64,000 nt of DNA. Source: Chthoniobacterales bacterium. Its GTDB lineage: Bacteria; Verrucomicrobiota; Verrucomicrobiia; Chthoniobacterales; JAATET01. The stretch lies in assembly GCA_036569045.1 (NCBI GenBank), contig DATCRI010000009.1:48464-112463 (forward strand), written 5' to 3'. Shown one piece after another: positions 29,288 to 38,136 of the stretch (position 1 is the first letter of the stretch; the number at the start of each line of letters is the position of its first letter). The notes beneath the pieces are model-generated. The model was not told the origin of the DNA. It saw nothing but the letters and a program-made list of their open reading frames with translations, and searched no databases. A program made the translations under genes and the position numbers.

Positions 29288-29732
29288 CGGCTGAATAGGC
29301 GCCTTGGCGCGCCGTGCCCTCGATAATGACCACTGCCGAATGGGTCGGCGAAGAGCTCGCCGCGGAGCGCAGTGACAACTTGAAGAGCAATCCCGCCGGC
29401 GCGCGGAGGTTCAACCGCCCAAGCCACCGATAGACTCCGGTGACCGGCTTGCCGGAAAATTCGTTGCGAACACCGGTCACTTTTCCGCGCAGCTGCGCGG
29501 ATGGAGCATAGCCGCCTGCCACGTCGGACCACTCCAGAAGGAAACCTTTCACCCGCCCAGAAGCAGCGATCTGAATGTTCACAAATTTGAGGTCCTGATG
29601 CTCCCCCGAAAGGGTACGCAGGGTGAAGGAACCTTGATAGCGGCCTTTGAAGGGGCGTGCCGATGCGGCTTCGCTTGAATGAGGCGTCACAAGGAGCGCC
29701 AGGGTCAAAGAGAGGAGGGCGAAAAGTTTCAT
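29265..29732 (-). CDS. Secreted hypothetical protein
   Basis: ATG at 29732 (MKLFALLSLTLALLVTPHSSEA, signal peptide). No family recognised. Confidence 0.45.
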   Translation of the reverse strand: MKLFALLSLTLALLVTPHSSEAASARPFKGRYQGSFTLRTLSGEHQDLKFVNIQIAASGRVKGFLLEWSDVAGGYAPSAQLRGKVTGVRNEFSGKPVTGVYRWLGRLNLRAPAGLLFKLSLRSAASSSPTHSAVVIIEGTARQGAYSADVDFKTL

Positions 29733-29825
29733 TGCAGCTAGCGGGTAGGTATTGCGTGTATTGTGAAAGACACAGCCTATAATGACATATGCCAATAAAG
29801 ACAGAGGCTCATCTAGTCAAGGACC

Positions 29826-30071
29826 ATGCGCAAGCGTGGTATTGTGGAGGACAAGCACGGAAAGCGGAATGCGCTTGGTCCCCGCCTCCAAGAATTGAGA
29901 AAAGCGGCGGGACTGAGCCAATCCAAGTTCGTCGAAAAGCTGCAGCTCCAAGCCAAGTGGGATTGCGACAAAGCAGTGCTTGCCAGTATCGAAAATGGAC
30001 GCCGCTCGCTGACCGATTTGGAACTATTGGCCATTTTGAAGGTGCTGAAACTTCGCTGGGCCGATCTGTAG
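29826..30071 (+). CDS. XRE-family HTH transcriptional regulator
   Basis: LGPRLQELRKAAGLSQSKFVEKL...IENGRRSLTDLELLAILKVL is a typical HTH_3 domain. Confidence 0.75.
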   Translation: MRKRGIVEDKHGKRNALGPRLQELRKAAGLSQSKFVEKLQLQAKWDCDKAVLASIENGRRSLTDLELLAILKVLKLRWADL

Positions 30072-30238
30072 GTTGCGGGCGATTGGAACCCGACGCAGCC
30101 CTTGTCGGTCGGAAACGTTGCTCGGCCTCTCCGCTCTCTATTGACGAGGGGCGGCAGAAAAATATCTGAGCTTCGGCACTCATCATGAATGAGTTTTATC
30201 GCCTATAGGCGACAGATGTACAATCTGAATCGTCGCCC

Positions 30239-30520
30239 ATGGGCGACGTATTGATAGTCATCGTTGCGGCCATGCCGCACGCTGTCGCGTCTCAATTGGA
30301 CAGGGAGCTCTCCGAATTCCTGCGTCGCACCATGAAAACGAATGGTTGGAGCTACGCGGACCTTTCGAAAAGGGCAGGCGTGTCGAAAGCAATGCTACAG
30401 CGAATCGTGGAACTGGAACGCTTCGCAACCCTCAACCTGCTCGCGCGAATCTGCGCAAAACTCGAGGTCAATCTGTCAGAGGTTTTTCCAAAGTCGATCA
30501 GCCGAAGGCACAAGACTTAG
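30239..30520 (+). CDS. XRE-family HTH transcriptional regulator
   Basis: LRRTMKTNGWSYADLSKRAGVSKAMLQRIVELERFATLNLLARICAKLEVNLSEVF. Confidence 0.7.
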   Translation: MGDVLIVIVAAMPHAVASQLDRELSEFLRRTMKTNGWSYADLSKRAGVSKAMLQRIVELERFATLNLLARICAKLEVNLSEVFPKSISRRHKT

Positions 30521-30588
30521 CGAGATCACTCAAATAACTCAGAGGAAACATAACCCGACCGGAACGTAATAGATAGAAAGCGCAAATT

Positions 30589-33500
30589 CTAAACGAAGTT
30601 GCTCTCTTGAAGTCCGCCGGACATCTCAAATTCCACTGTGCCCGCAGCGACCTCGAGGTCTACCTCGACAACGGCGCGAACCCCTTTCGAATCCCCAAGC
30701 GGATCTTGCAGGATGGCGAGGCTGTAGTTTCCATCTCCCCGGTCGAACACGGAATAGATGTAGTAACGTCCCCGCTGAAGTTGAGCCGCGGTTAGTTCAT
30801 TTCCCCGAAGGTCGACCTTAGAATTTCCTGAGGCGGTTCCCTTGACCTCAATGAATCGTGCGATAAGCCCATCATTCTTGACCGGGGAAGCGTTAAAGTT
30901 TGCGCGGTCCTCAACACTCGCAAAACTAATGATATCCACACCGGGTGCCTGCCAGCCCGTCACGTTGCTTACGAGGATGGGGAAACGCGCCGGCGAATCG
31001 TTTTCCTCGAACTCCATCGCCTTTTTCTCACAGAACGCCCAATTGGTTACACGCCGCGTTCCGGAAAGATTTCGCTGCCCACCGGTCTGCTTTCGGGTTA
31101 CCCGACAACCGATCCGACTTCTTTCAATTGGCTCATGTTCGCGTTTTTCAATTTTGAGCGGCTGATCGCCGAGGGCAGGATCCTCTGGCGCTGGTGGCTG
31201 GATCGGCGGCAGCGTTGGTGGGGGATCCGGCTTGGAAGTATGAGGCTGTTTCGGTGGTTCGTCTGGAACTTTGATTTCTTGAGGCTCACGCGATGTCGTC
31301 GCGTTCAGGTAGCGGCGCTCTATTTCCGCTATCGTTGGCAAATCCTCCTCGCCGGCCAATCGGCGCAGGATTTTGACCCGGTTCTTGGGTTTGCATGCAA
31401 TCAAGCGGGCAAACTCGTCGCCGCGCTCAACGCTGAAAATCGCAGCGAAGATCTGGCCGACCGCATCTGCGAGCAGGTCCGAGCGGAGTGGATCTGGTTC
31501 GCTTGGATCCGTCTGCACGTAGGCTGTCTTGCTGTTTTCGTCTAAAATCCAGTCCCAAGCGCCCAATTCGAGCGGTGACTGCTGCCCCTCGAACTCGACC
31601 TCGCCGGAAATCGACAAACACACTTGAATCGTCACAGACTTGAAGAGGTCAGTCTCCCGCGCAGATTGCGACCTGCTGCGCCGCAAAAAGAAGATCATTG
31701 GCTTGATACTCTGGATTTCGGCGTTGAACTGCTCCGCTCCCACGACCGGCTGATGGTCGGAAATCGTGCGCAGAATGTTCTTTCGATCAACGCTTCTGAC
31801 ACCAAAGAGGTCGAAAACCTTCTTTGAACCCGAGCGCTTTGGAAGGGCCGCGACGTTCAGATTTTTCAGCAGCGCCACTGGCACGTCTTCGGAATCGACA
31901 TGCCACAGGTCGGATACTTTACAATAAGTCTCTACCTCCGCTTGCCGCGCCCACATTCTGCCCTGCCGACAGAATCTTTGTCGGGCCGGACTGTCGGTGA
32001 CATCCGCGGAGGAAAAATGGTCGAGGACGGCGCGGTAAACCCCTCTTGCCCAGCGTCCCTGTCGATCACCCTCCCGTTCGGGGAGGGTCAGAAGCATTGA
32101 GTAAAGTTGATCGGGATCGATTTGGGTGAAGCTGGAAATCACGCCCGCCCGGTCGTGCGCATCGCGAATCAGCGCGCCGGGGAGGTCAAATTCTGCGAGT
32201 TGATCCTGTGTGGGCCTGGCTGGGGTTGGGAAGAGTTCCTCAAGCCCGTGAGCGACTTCGACGACACAGTCCATCGGTCGGGCAGGCGTCCCATCGCGAA
32301 GCGGCAACCACGTCGAACTCTGCAGCCTCCAGCGCACGTAGCTGGGAATGGGCCCTTCATAGTGGCGATGAACACTTGCGCGGTGAGGCCGGTTCTCGAG
32401 GCGACCGTGAGCCGTGGACGGGATTTTCCACGATTTTGCCCGCTCGTCGTGGGCAAGCCACGAGAGAATTGCGATCGGATTTCCTGTCGAAAGAATATCA
32501 TTAAGTCCATCCACCGTCGCCAGCTTTGAAAAGCGGACCGAATTCAAACTTGTCGCACGTTCGATGACATCATCCTGCATGCGAATCGGAAAACTCAGGG
32601 AGGCCAGAACATATTCCCTAAAATCGTGGCCTGGTTCCGTCTCAATGTCTTCCCTTGGAAATTCAGCCACTCCCAACCACAGAAAGAATTGGTCATACGT
32701 CGGGCCAGATTCGTCGAATCCCAATGCACCCGGCTCTGCCAAAAGCCGCTCGGGAAAATTCCGATAAAGTCCCTCCAGAATTCGGCCCTTTGGGCCGTAT
32801 CCCCCGCTGAGATAGACGGCTTTTGCCGAGCGAAACGTCCCGGCCTTCGTCAACAACTGCAAACCGGCATCAGCCGGAAACTTGGGACGCTCACCGGGAG
32901 ACTGGTCCTCCGGATACAATGAATAAAGGACGCGCAGCAATTCCCTCCGGATGGTTGCCTCCTCGGCAGGCGTTTCGCTCACTCGTTGATTCGCACGCGC
33001 AACCAAGTGACTGAGCACGTTGTCGAGTGAATATCGAACGACCCCCAGGGGCGCGAGCCGCCCCACCAGCGCAATTTGGTCTCCCACGTTGAGCCGACTC
33101 TCCAGCGCTTTTCGGAGATTTTGGTCGAGAAAGCGCAGGTCCACCCATTCCGGGACATCGTGAAGACGCTCATTCGGACCGGATACAAAAACACGTCGGC
33201 CAGCAGGAACAGGACTTCCAAAACCATCGAGGAGCAGCGGAAGAGAAAACGCGGATTCTGCGGCGTGCTTCAGGGAGCCCACGATGAAATCCGCTCTCTC
33301 GTCAATGGTGTGGAATTCCAGCAACTCGCGAGCCTGCTGCCAGTGCTCTTCTTCGAGCGAAGGAACCTCAAGTTGTCCGAGCACTTCCTTGATTGAGCCG
33401 CCTTTGCGTGTATCGACCACTGTCGGAAAGGCCGTCGCGGGGAGCCAGGATGTATCTTCAAATGACGCGTGCAATGCCTCGTCCGCTCGAACGAGGTGGC

Positions 33501-34788
33501 CCGCGCGGACCGGAATGAGCGCCAGCTCACGCGCATGAGTCATCAGCATCTCCCGGAAGCCAATCTTCGAGAGCGCTTCGCCATGATGTGCCTTCGGAGA
33601 CAATATCTCCAACCCGGAGCAGTCAGCCGCGGCTGCCGCCCGCTCCGCCGCACATTTCGCCAGCAAGTTTGCGAGCCGAGAAATGATGAACTCATTCGCC
33701 TTCGTTGGCTTGAACTGCTGGCGATTGGACAGCAGTTCCACCGTTGCGTGCGCGATTACGGCGTAGGGAAATCTGACCTCCGTCGGGAAATACGAGTATA
33801 GGAACCCAGCTTCAGAAGAGAGATTCGATGCCGTCGCGATCGCCACTTCGTAGTCGAGGGGCGGCGAATCCGGTGGCAGAAACTCAGCGGGAACGGATTT
33901 CATTTCCCGGCGGACATGCCAGGCGAGGATCGGCTCCTCACCACCGGAAATCGAGATACGAACGAGACCGTTTTCAACCGGCTGTTTCGTCCACGTGCGC
34001 TCCGGTTCTCCAGGAAGCGTGATCGAGATTTCGGAGAGTCCCGATGCGAAAAGCAAAACTTCCGGCCGCAGCTGTTCGATCTGAGCCTTGGCGTTTCGGA
34101 ATCCTCCCTCACGGTCGTCGAACGGCATGGAGACGACAGTGTCGAAGCGGTCTCGTATTTTTCTGGCCGAGAGAAAAAGCAGCCGCTGCTCTTCTGAATC
34201 AAACAACGGCTCCAGATTTTGATCTCTTGGGCATACCGGAAAGGCGAGTAGCGGAAGCAGCAAACTCTCCTGTGTGCGCAGTTCCTGCAGGATCACTTGC
34301 GCGACATCGCCTCCACCCGTTACGAGATCATCCTGTTTCTGTCGCGCAAACTTGAAGGAATAGGCGAGTTGGAGATTTCCGCTCAGAATGCAGGGAAATC
34401 GAGACCAATTCAGAACCGCGCGGAATCCCAGTCCCTTGTTGCCAACAAACTTGGCACGGCGTTTCGGACTGAGGTGGGCGACACGCAGCGAGGCGACACC
34501 ATCTCGCGAGAAAGGCTTTCCCGTATTTGCGACGAGAAGCCCCGTCTCGGTCAGTTCGATCCGAACACGGCCCTCGATTCCAGCGTCTGTCGCCGCATCA
34601 CCCGCGTTCTGCAGCAACTCAAGCAGTTCGCGACCCGCGTAGTCGTTGGTCGCGCTTGCCTCCTGTCCGGCATCGGAAATGAGCCGCCTCGGGTTTCTTC
34701 GGTATTCCTCGCACGTTGCCTCTTCTTCAGCGGCAATCCAGTCTGACCATGTTTCGGCGGAGTCCTGGATCGTGTCAGCCATGATCAA
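30589..34788 (-). CDS. Giant GHKL-type ATPase (sacsin/NOV-like) with C-terminal DUF3883 nuclease-like domain
   Basis: 1399 aa. N-terminal ELLELLQNAGDA (N box), ANTGKPF, GNKGLGFRAV (G boxes). C-terminal FIEVKGTASG...RYYIYSVFD...LQDP aligns by eye with the C-terminus of the SNF2 protein at 43488-46964. Confidence 0.8.
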   Translation of the reverse strand: MIMADTIQDSAETWSDWIAAEEEATCEEYRRNPRRLISDAGQEASATNDYAGRELLELLQNAGDAATDAGIEGRVRIELTETGLLVANTGKPFSRDGVASLRVAHLSPKRRAKFVGNKGLGFRAVLNWSRFPCILSGNLQLAYSFKFARQKQDDLVTGGGDVAQVILQELRTQESLLLPLLAFPVCPRDQNLEPLFDSEEQRLLFLSARKIRDRFDTVVSMPFDDREGGFRNAKAQIEQLRPEVLLFASGLSEISITLPGEPERTWTKQPVENGLVRISISGGEEPILAWHVRREMKSVPAEFLPPDSPPLDYEVAIATASNLSSEAGFLYSYFPTEVRFPYAVIAHATVELLSNRQQFKPTKANEFIISRLANLLAKCAAERAAAAADCSGLEILSPKAHHGEALSKIGFREMLMTHARELALIPVRAGHLVRADEALHASFEDTSWLPATAFPTVVDTRKGGSIKEVLGQLEVPSLEEEHWQQARELLEFHTIDERADFIVGSLKHAAESAFSLPLLLDGFGSPVPAGRRVFVSGPNERLHDVPEWVDLRFLDQNLRKALESRLNVGDQIALVGRLAPLGVVRYSLDNVLSHLVARANQRVSETPAEEATIRRELLRVLYSLYPEDQSPGERPKFPADAGLQLLTKAGTFRSAKAVYLSGGYGPKGRILEGLYRNFPERLLAEPGALGFDESGPTYDQFFLWLGVAEFPREDIETEPGHDFREYVLASLSFPIRMQDDVIERATSLNSVRFSKLATVDGLNDILSTGNPIAILSWLAHDERAKSWKIPSTAHGRLENRPHRASVHRHYEGPIPSYVRWRLQSSTWLPLRDGTPARPMDCVVEVAHGLEELFPTPARPTQDQLAEFDLPGALIRDAHDRAGVISSFTQIDPDQLYSMLLTLPEREGDRQGRWARGVYRAVLDHFSSADVTDSPARQRFCRQGRMWARQAEVETYCKVSDLWHVDSEDVPVALLKNLNVAALPKRSGSKKVFDLFGVRSVDRKNILRTISDHQPVVGAEQFNAEIQSIKPMIFFLRRSRSQSARETDLFKSVTIQVCLSISGEVEFEGQQSPLELGAWDWILDENSKTAYVQTDPSEPDPLRSDLLADAVGQIFAAIFSVERGDEFARLIACKPKNRVKILRRLAGEEDLPTIAEIERRYLNATTSREPQEIKVPDEPPKQPHTSKPDPPPTLPPIQPPAPEDPALGDQPLKIEKREHEPIERSRIGCRVTRKQTGGQRNLSGTRRVTNWAFCEKKAMEFEENDSPARFPILVSNVTGWQAPGVDIISFASVEDRANFNASPVKNDGLIARFIEVKGTASGNSKVDLRGNELTAAQLQRGRYYIYSVFDRGDGNYSLAILQDPLGDSKGVRAVVEVDLEVAAGTVEFEMSGGLQESNFV

Positions 34789-34812
34789 TCTCGAAACGCG
34801 ATTTCGACTCCG

Positions 34813-37800
34813 TCAGATTTTCCAATCCGGGTCGAACTGCTGCATCAGCTTGTTGATCTCGGTGAGGTCGGATGGAGGCGTGCCTTCGAACTGAAGACGG
34901 ATTTCGAATCCGGGTGAACAGCCGGATAGCAGTTTCGTCAGTTGCGGCGCAACGTCCTCGGCCAAATCCTGCAACGCGGCGACTTCGATTCGAATCGTGT
35001 TCGACGTGAACCCGCTCCCGGATGGCGACGGAGGCGGTGTGGGTGGAGGCGGAAGTTGAGACGGCACGGAGATCACGACCGCCGCGTCCCCGAAAGCCGA
35101 CTTGATTTCCCCTGACCCAGAGCCGCGGAGCATCACCCCTTGGTTGATCGCTCCATTCAACACATCGACAAACTGCCTCGACGGCCACGGCATGCCCCTC
35201 TGGGCCTTGAGAGCCGAATAAATTTCGGCCACGGTCGTCTTGGGAGACGGATCGGAAGACCATGCATCAGGCAGCGCGGCCGGCAGAAGTTCCAGGCTCC
35301 TCAAAGCCTGCGGCGGACGGCGAAGAGAAGCACTCGGATCGAGCTGGATCGTGGACGGTCTCTCCCCCAAGACGCTCTCGTTGCCAAAAACCAGCCAGAG
35401 CTTCCCTTGCTCCACGGCGTCGGCGACGGCCTGATGCACCGCCTTGTAATCCACTTTCGGAAGCGGATGCTTCTCGGCGACTCCCTGCTGGGTTTCCTCG
35501 AACTCTTGAGTGCCGTCGAACCACGCGCACAGGGTCGAGAGCTGCACCGGAGAGTCATCCTGCGGCCAGAGTCCGCCGAGCGATTCCGGCAGAACGGCCG
35601 CCGCCGGAAGACGATCTACCGACGCATCCTGCGGTAGCCAGGCTTCCGAGTTGGCCTCCCATCCGGCAATCGGGATGGAGCAACGCCAGAACCAATCGGC
35701 AGAACCATCCGGGCGGACATAACGCACTGCCAGCAACCCGCGGCTCACGCCCTCGGCCACGGTGTTCACGATCGTCTGCGGCGAGATCAATTTGGGAAGT
35801 TTTGGCTGCCGGGCGAAGGACTGGTAGAGGTCCTTTACCTGCACGGCGGCCTGGCCCGCAGGCCAAACGGGATAAAGCCCGCCGGGCATGATCGCCAGAG
35901 GCTCGATGCGCTGATCGAACAGGCGAAGATCCTTCTCCCGGAGAAGAGCCGGGAACATCGCCTCCGCGCCCATCGTAAACTTCCTCGTCTGCGGCGCACC
36001 GGTCTTATCCACGTAGAGCACGACCTCGAAGGCATTGCGGACCGCCGATTCCGCATTTTTCTTCGTGTCACGCTCGTTGCGCTGCACCTCCACGAGCTGG
36101 AGGTCGGTGAGGTTCTTTCCTTCGCGCTGCCGCACTTCGCCCCACGCCAGCCAGCTCGCGATCTCCGCTTCCGCCTGGCCGAGCCCGGTCACGGAGGGCG
36201 TGACCACCAGCATCACGTTCTGGCAGACACGTTGATCGGTCGGCGACGAATGTGTGGTGAGAAAAGCCAGCGTATCCGGAGCGACGGCTCCGCCCGCCTG
36301 GTGCGCATGATCCGAGCCCAATAGGGCCAGCCGGAACTGCTCGTTGTCATCGAGCTTGCTCGGATCGCTCGGCAACCGGTGGAAGCTCACGCCTTGGGGA
36401 ATTCCTTCGCCGAGCACCTTGAGACTGCCGGCAAGTTCGTCGAATTTAATCCTGGCGACTCCCAATGCCTGCTGCACGTAGGAGTCGTGCATCTGAGTGA
36501 TGTTCGGCTTCGGCCCCATGCGCCACGCCATCGGCAATTCGGTCGAGGGTTCCGTTCGCTCGCACGGTTCCAGATACCACGACAGCTTGCGCCAAGCCTT
36601 GAGCCCGTTGTTGAAGATCACAGGGACATCACAGGTCGCGCCGGTAAGCCAGCGGATGTCGTGGAGGTCGGCCTCCTGCCCGGTGGGCTGGGAATAGAGG
36701 AAGGCCGCCACACAGGCGGATTCGATTTCCCGTCCGCTCAAGCCCGCTGCATCGCTCTTCTGAGCCTGCACGGCGCGTCCCAATTCCACGCTGAGATTTT
36801 GCTCCCACGGAGGATTCGCATCGGAGGACTTCATGGCCACATCGGCCAGAGCCCGGAGGGCGCTGCTCACGCCGCCGGCGTCGGGCGGATTGAGGAAGAC
36901 CTGCGTGCTGACAATCGGCGACTCGTCCCACGCCTCTGCCTCGCGAAGTGCTTTGGAGAAGGTTTGGAGCACATTTCGCGTCCGTTGAAATTGCCGAAGG
37001 TGCGTCCATTTCCCGTAGAAACGCTCGATGAGATCGGGATGGAAGGGATAGGCCGTGACGAACCGGCTCTTTGCGTTGGGGTCGCCTGCACGAACCGGGC
37101 TCGCCTTTTTCATCCGATCCCAAAAGCCCGCGATCTGCGCTTCGATCTCCGCCTGATTCTCAGGGAATTTCTCGAACATCCGGCGGCGCAGCAGCTCCGC
37201 CACGTCCTCTTTCTCGACGGGCGATTTCAATTCAGCCTGGCGATTCAACCCGCCCGAACACGCGGCGAGGATGGCCTGGCCCACCTCGTCCGTCTTGCTG
37301 ACGTCCGTCGCCAGCAGGGAGACTACGAGCGAGCAGTGCGGGGTGTTCACCACCGCCTGGCCGAGTTTCTGGAAGAAATTTTTCAGCCGGTCGGCCCAGA
37401 ACATCCCACGTCCGCCGTCCTGGCCGGTCGGGTCCGGCGACGCGGCGTCGTGCGCCCACATCAGGAATTCGTCGATGAGAATCAGAGCGCCCTTGTTTGC
37501 CTTCACCGCCGCGCTCAAGACTTCGTTCCAGTCTTCCTCTCCCGGCGGGGTGTCGTAGCCGGGTTTGGTTTCGTCCAGATTCAGGATTTTGAGTCCCTGT
37601 TCACCCAGGAGCTGCCACGCGATCGAGTTCCACGGCATCCGGAATTTCCGGACTTCGCCGATCGGCGATTTGGCGCTGCCGCCGTTCACCCAGCTCCACT
37701 TATCCAACGAGAGCCCCGCGACGATAGCCGTGGGAGGTTTGTCGAGCTTCGCGGCGTTGAGGATCGCCTGCACCGAGGCTTCATCCGTTGGGAGCTTTTT

Positions 37801-38109
37801 CCCGAGAGTGACGAGATAGTAAAGTGCGGCGAGCGTGTGCGACTTTCCACCGCCGAACGTCTGGGCGACATTCAGGATCGATTCCCCGCCGGACTCGCCC
37901 GCAAGCTGCCGAAGCACCACCCGGCAAAACTGCTGCAGATTCGGCGTCGCGTAGGTCGATGAGAAGAAATTCTTGGGATCGCAATAAAACGCCTTTTCAC
38001 CTGGCTCCCGGTGCATCACGCGGAACATATCCACGGCGAAATCCTGCGGTGTAAGTTCCTGCGCCCGGATTTCCGGGCGCAATCGGCATGTTTGTTTCCA
38101 GGGTTTCAT
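34813..38109 (-). CDS. DUF499-family P-loop ATPase (PglY/BrxC-like)
   Basis: 1098 aa. N-terminus MKPWKQTCRLRPEIR...LTPQDFAVDM and Walker A FGGGKSHTLAALYYL, typical of DUF499. Walker B candidate ALILIDEF. Confidence 0.85.
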   Translation of the reverse strand: MKPWKQTCRLRPEIRAQELTPQDFAVDMFRVMHREPGEKAFYCDPKNFFSSTYATPNLQQFCRVVLRQLAGESGGESILNVAQTFGGGKSHTLAALYYLVTLGKKLPTDEASVQAILNAAKLDKPPTAIVAGLSLDKWSWVNGGSAKSPIGEVRKFRMPWNSIAWQLLGEQGLKILNLDETKPGYDTPPGEEDWNEVLSAAVKANKGALILIDEFLMWAHDAASPDPTGQDGGRGMFWADRLKNFFQKLGQAVVNTPHCSLVVSLLATDVSKTDEVGQAILAACSGGLNRQAELKSPVEKEDVAELLRRRMFEKFPENQAEIEAQIAGFWDRMKKASPVRAGDPNAKSRFVTAYPFHPDLIERFYGKWTHLRQFQRTRNVLQTFSKALREAEAWDESPIVSTQVFLNPPDAGGVSSALRALADVAMKSSDANPPWEQNLSVELGRAVQAQKSDAAGLSGREIESACVAAFLYSQPTGQEADLHDIRWLTGATCDVPVIFNNGLKAWRKLSWYLEPCERTEPSTELPMAWRMGPKPNITQMHDSYVQQALGVARIKFDELAGSLKVLGEGIPQGVSFHRLPSDPSKLDDNEQFRLALLGSDHAHQAGGAVAPDTLAFLTTHSSPTDQRVCQNVMLVVTPSVTGLGQAEAEIASWLAWGEVRQREGKNLTDLQLVEVQRNERDTKKNAESAVRNAFEVVLYVDKTGAPQTRKFTMGAEAMFPALLREKDLRLFDQRIEPLAIMPGGLYPVWPAGQAAVQVKDLYQSFARQPKLPKLISPQTIVNTVAEGVSRGLLAVRYVRPDGSADWFWRCSIPIAGWEANSEAWLPQDASVDRLPAAAVLPESLGGLWPQDDSPVQLSTLCAWFDGTQEFEETQQGVAEKHPLPKVDYKAVHQAVADAVEQGKLWLVFGNESVLGERPSTIQLDPSASLRRPPQALRSLELLPAALPDAWSSDPSPKTTVAEIYSALKAQRGMPWPSRQFVDVLNGAINQGVMLRGSGSGEIKSAFGDAAVVISVPSQLPPPPTPPPSPSGSGFTSNTIRIEVAALQDLAEDVAPQLTKLLSGCSPGFEIRLQFEGTPPSDLTEINKLMQQFDPDWKI

Positions 38110-38136
38110 TGGCGTTGTTTCTTCTTGGGTGAGTAT

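Noticed and set aside
36379-37962. 527-aa plus-strand ORF inside the DUF499 gene (similar cases: 38011..39246, 40639..41604, 44268..45257, 45657..46394)
   Set aside because: All are antisense to long minus-strand genes with clear Walker, DPPY or SNF2 motifs, and no motifs of their own were recognised.
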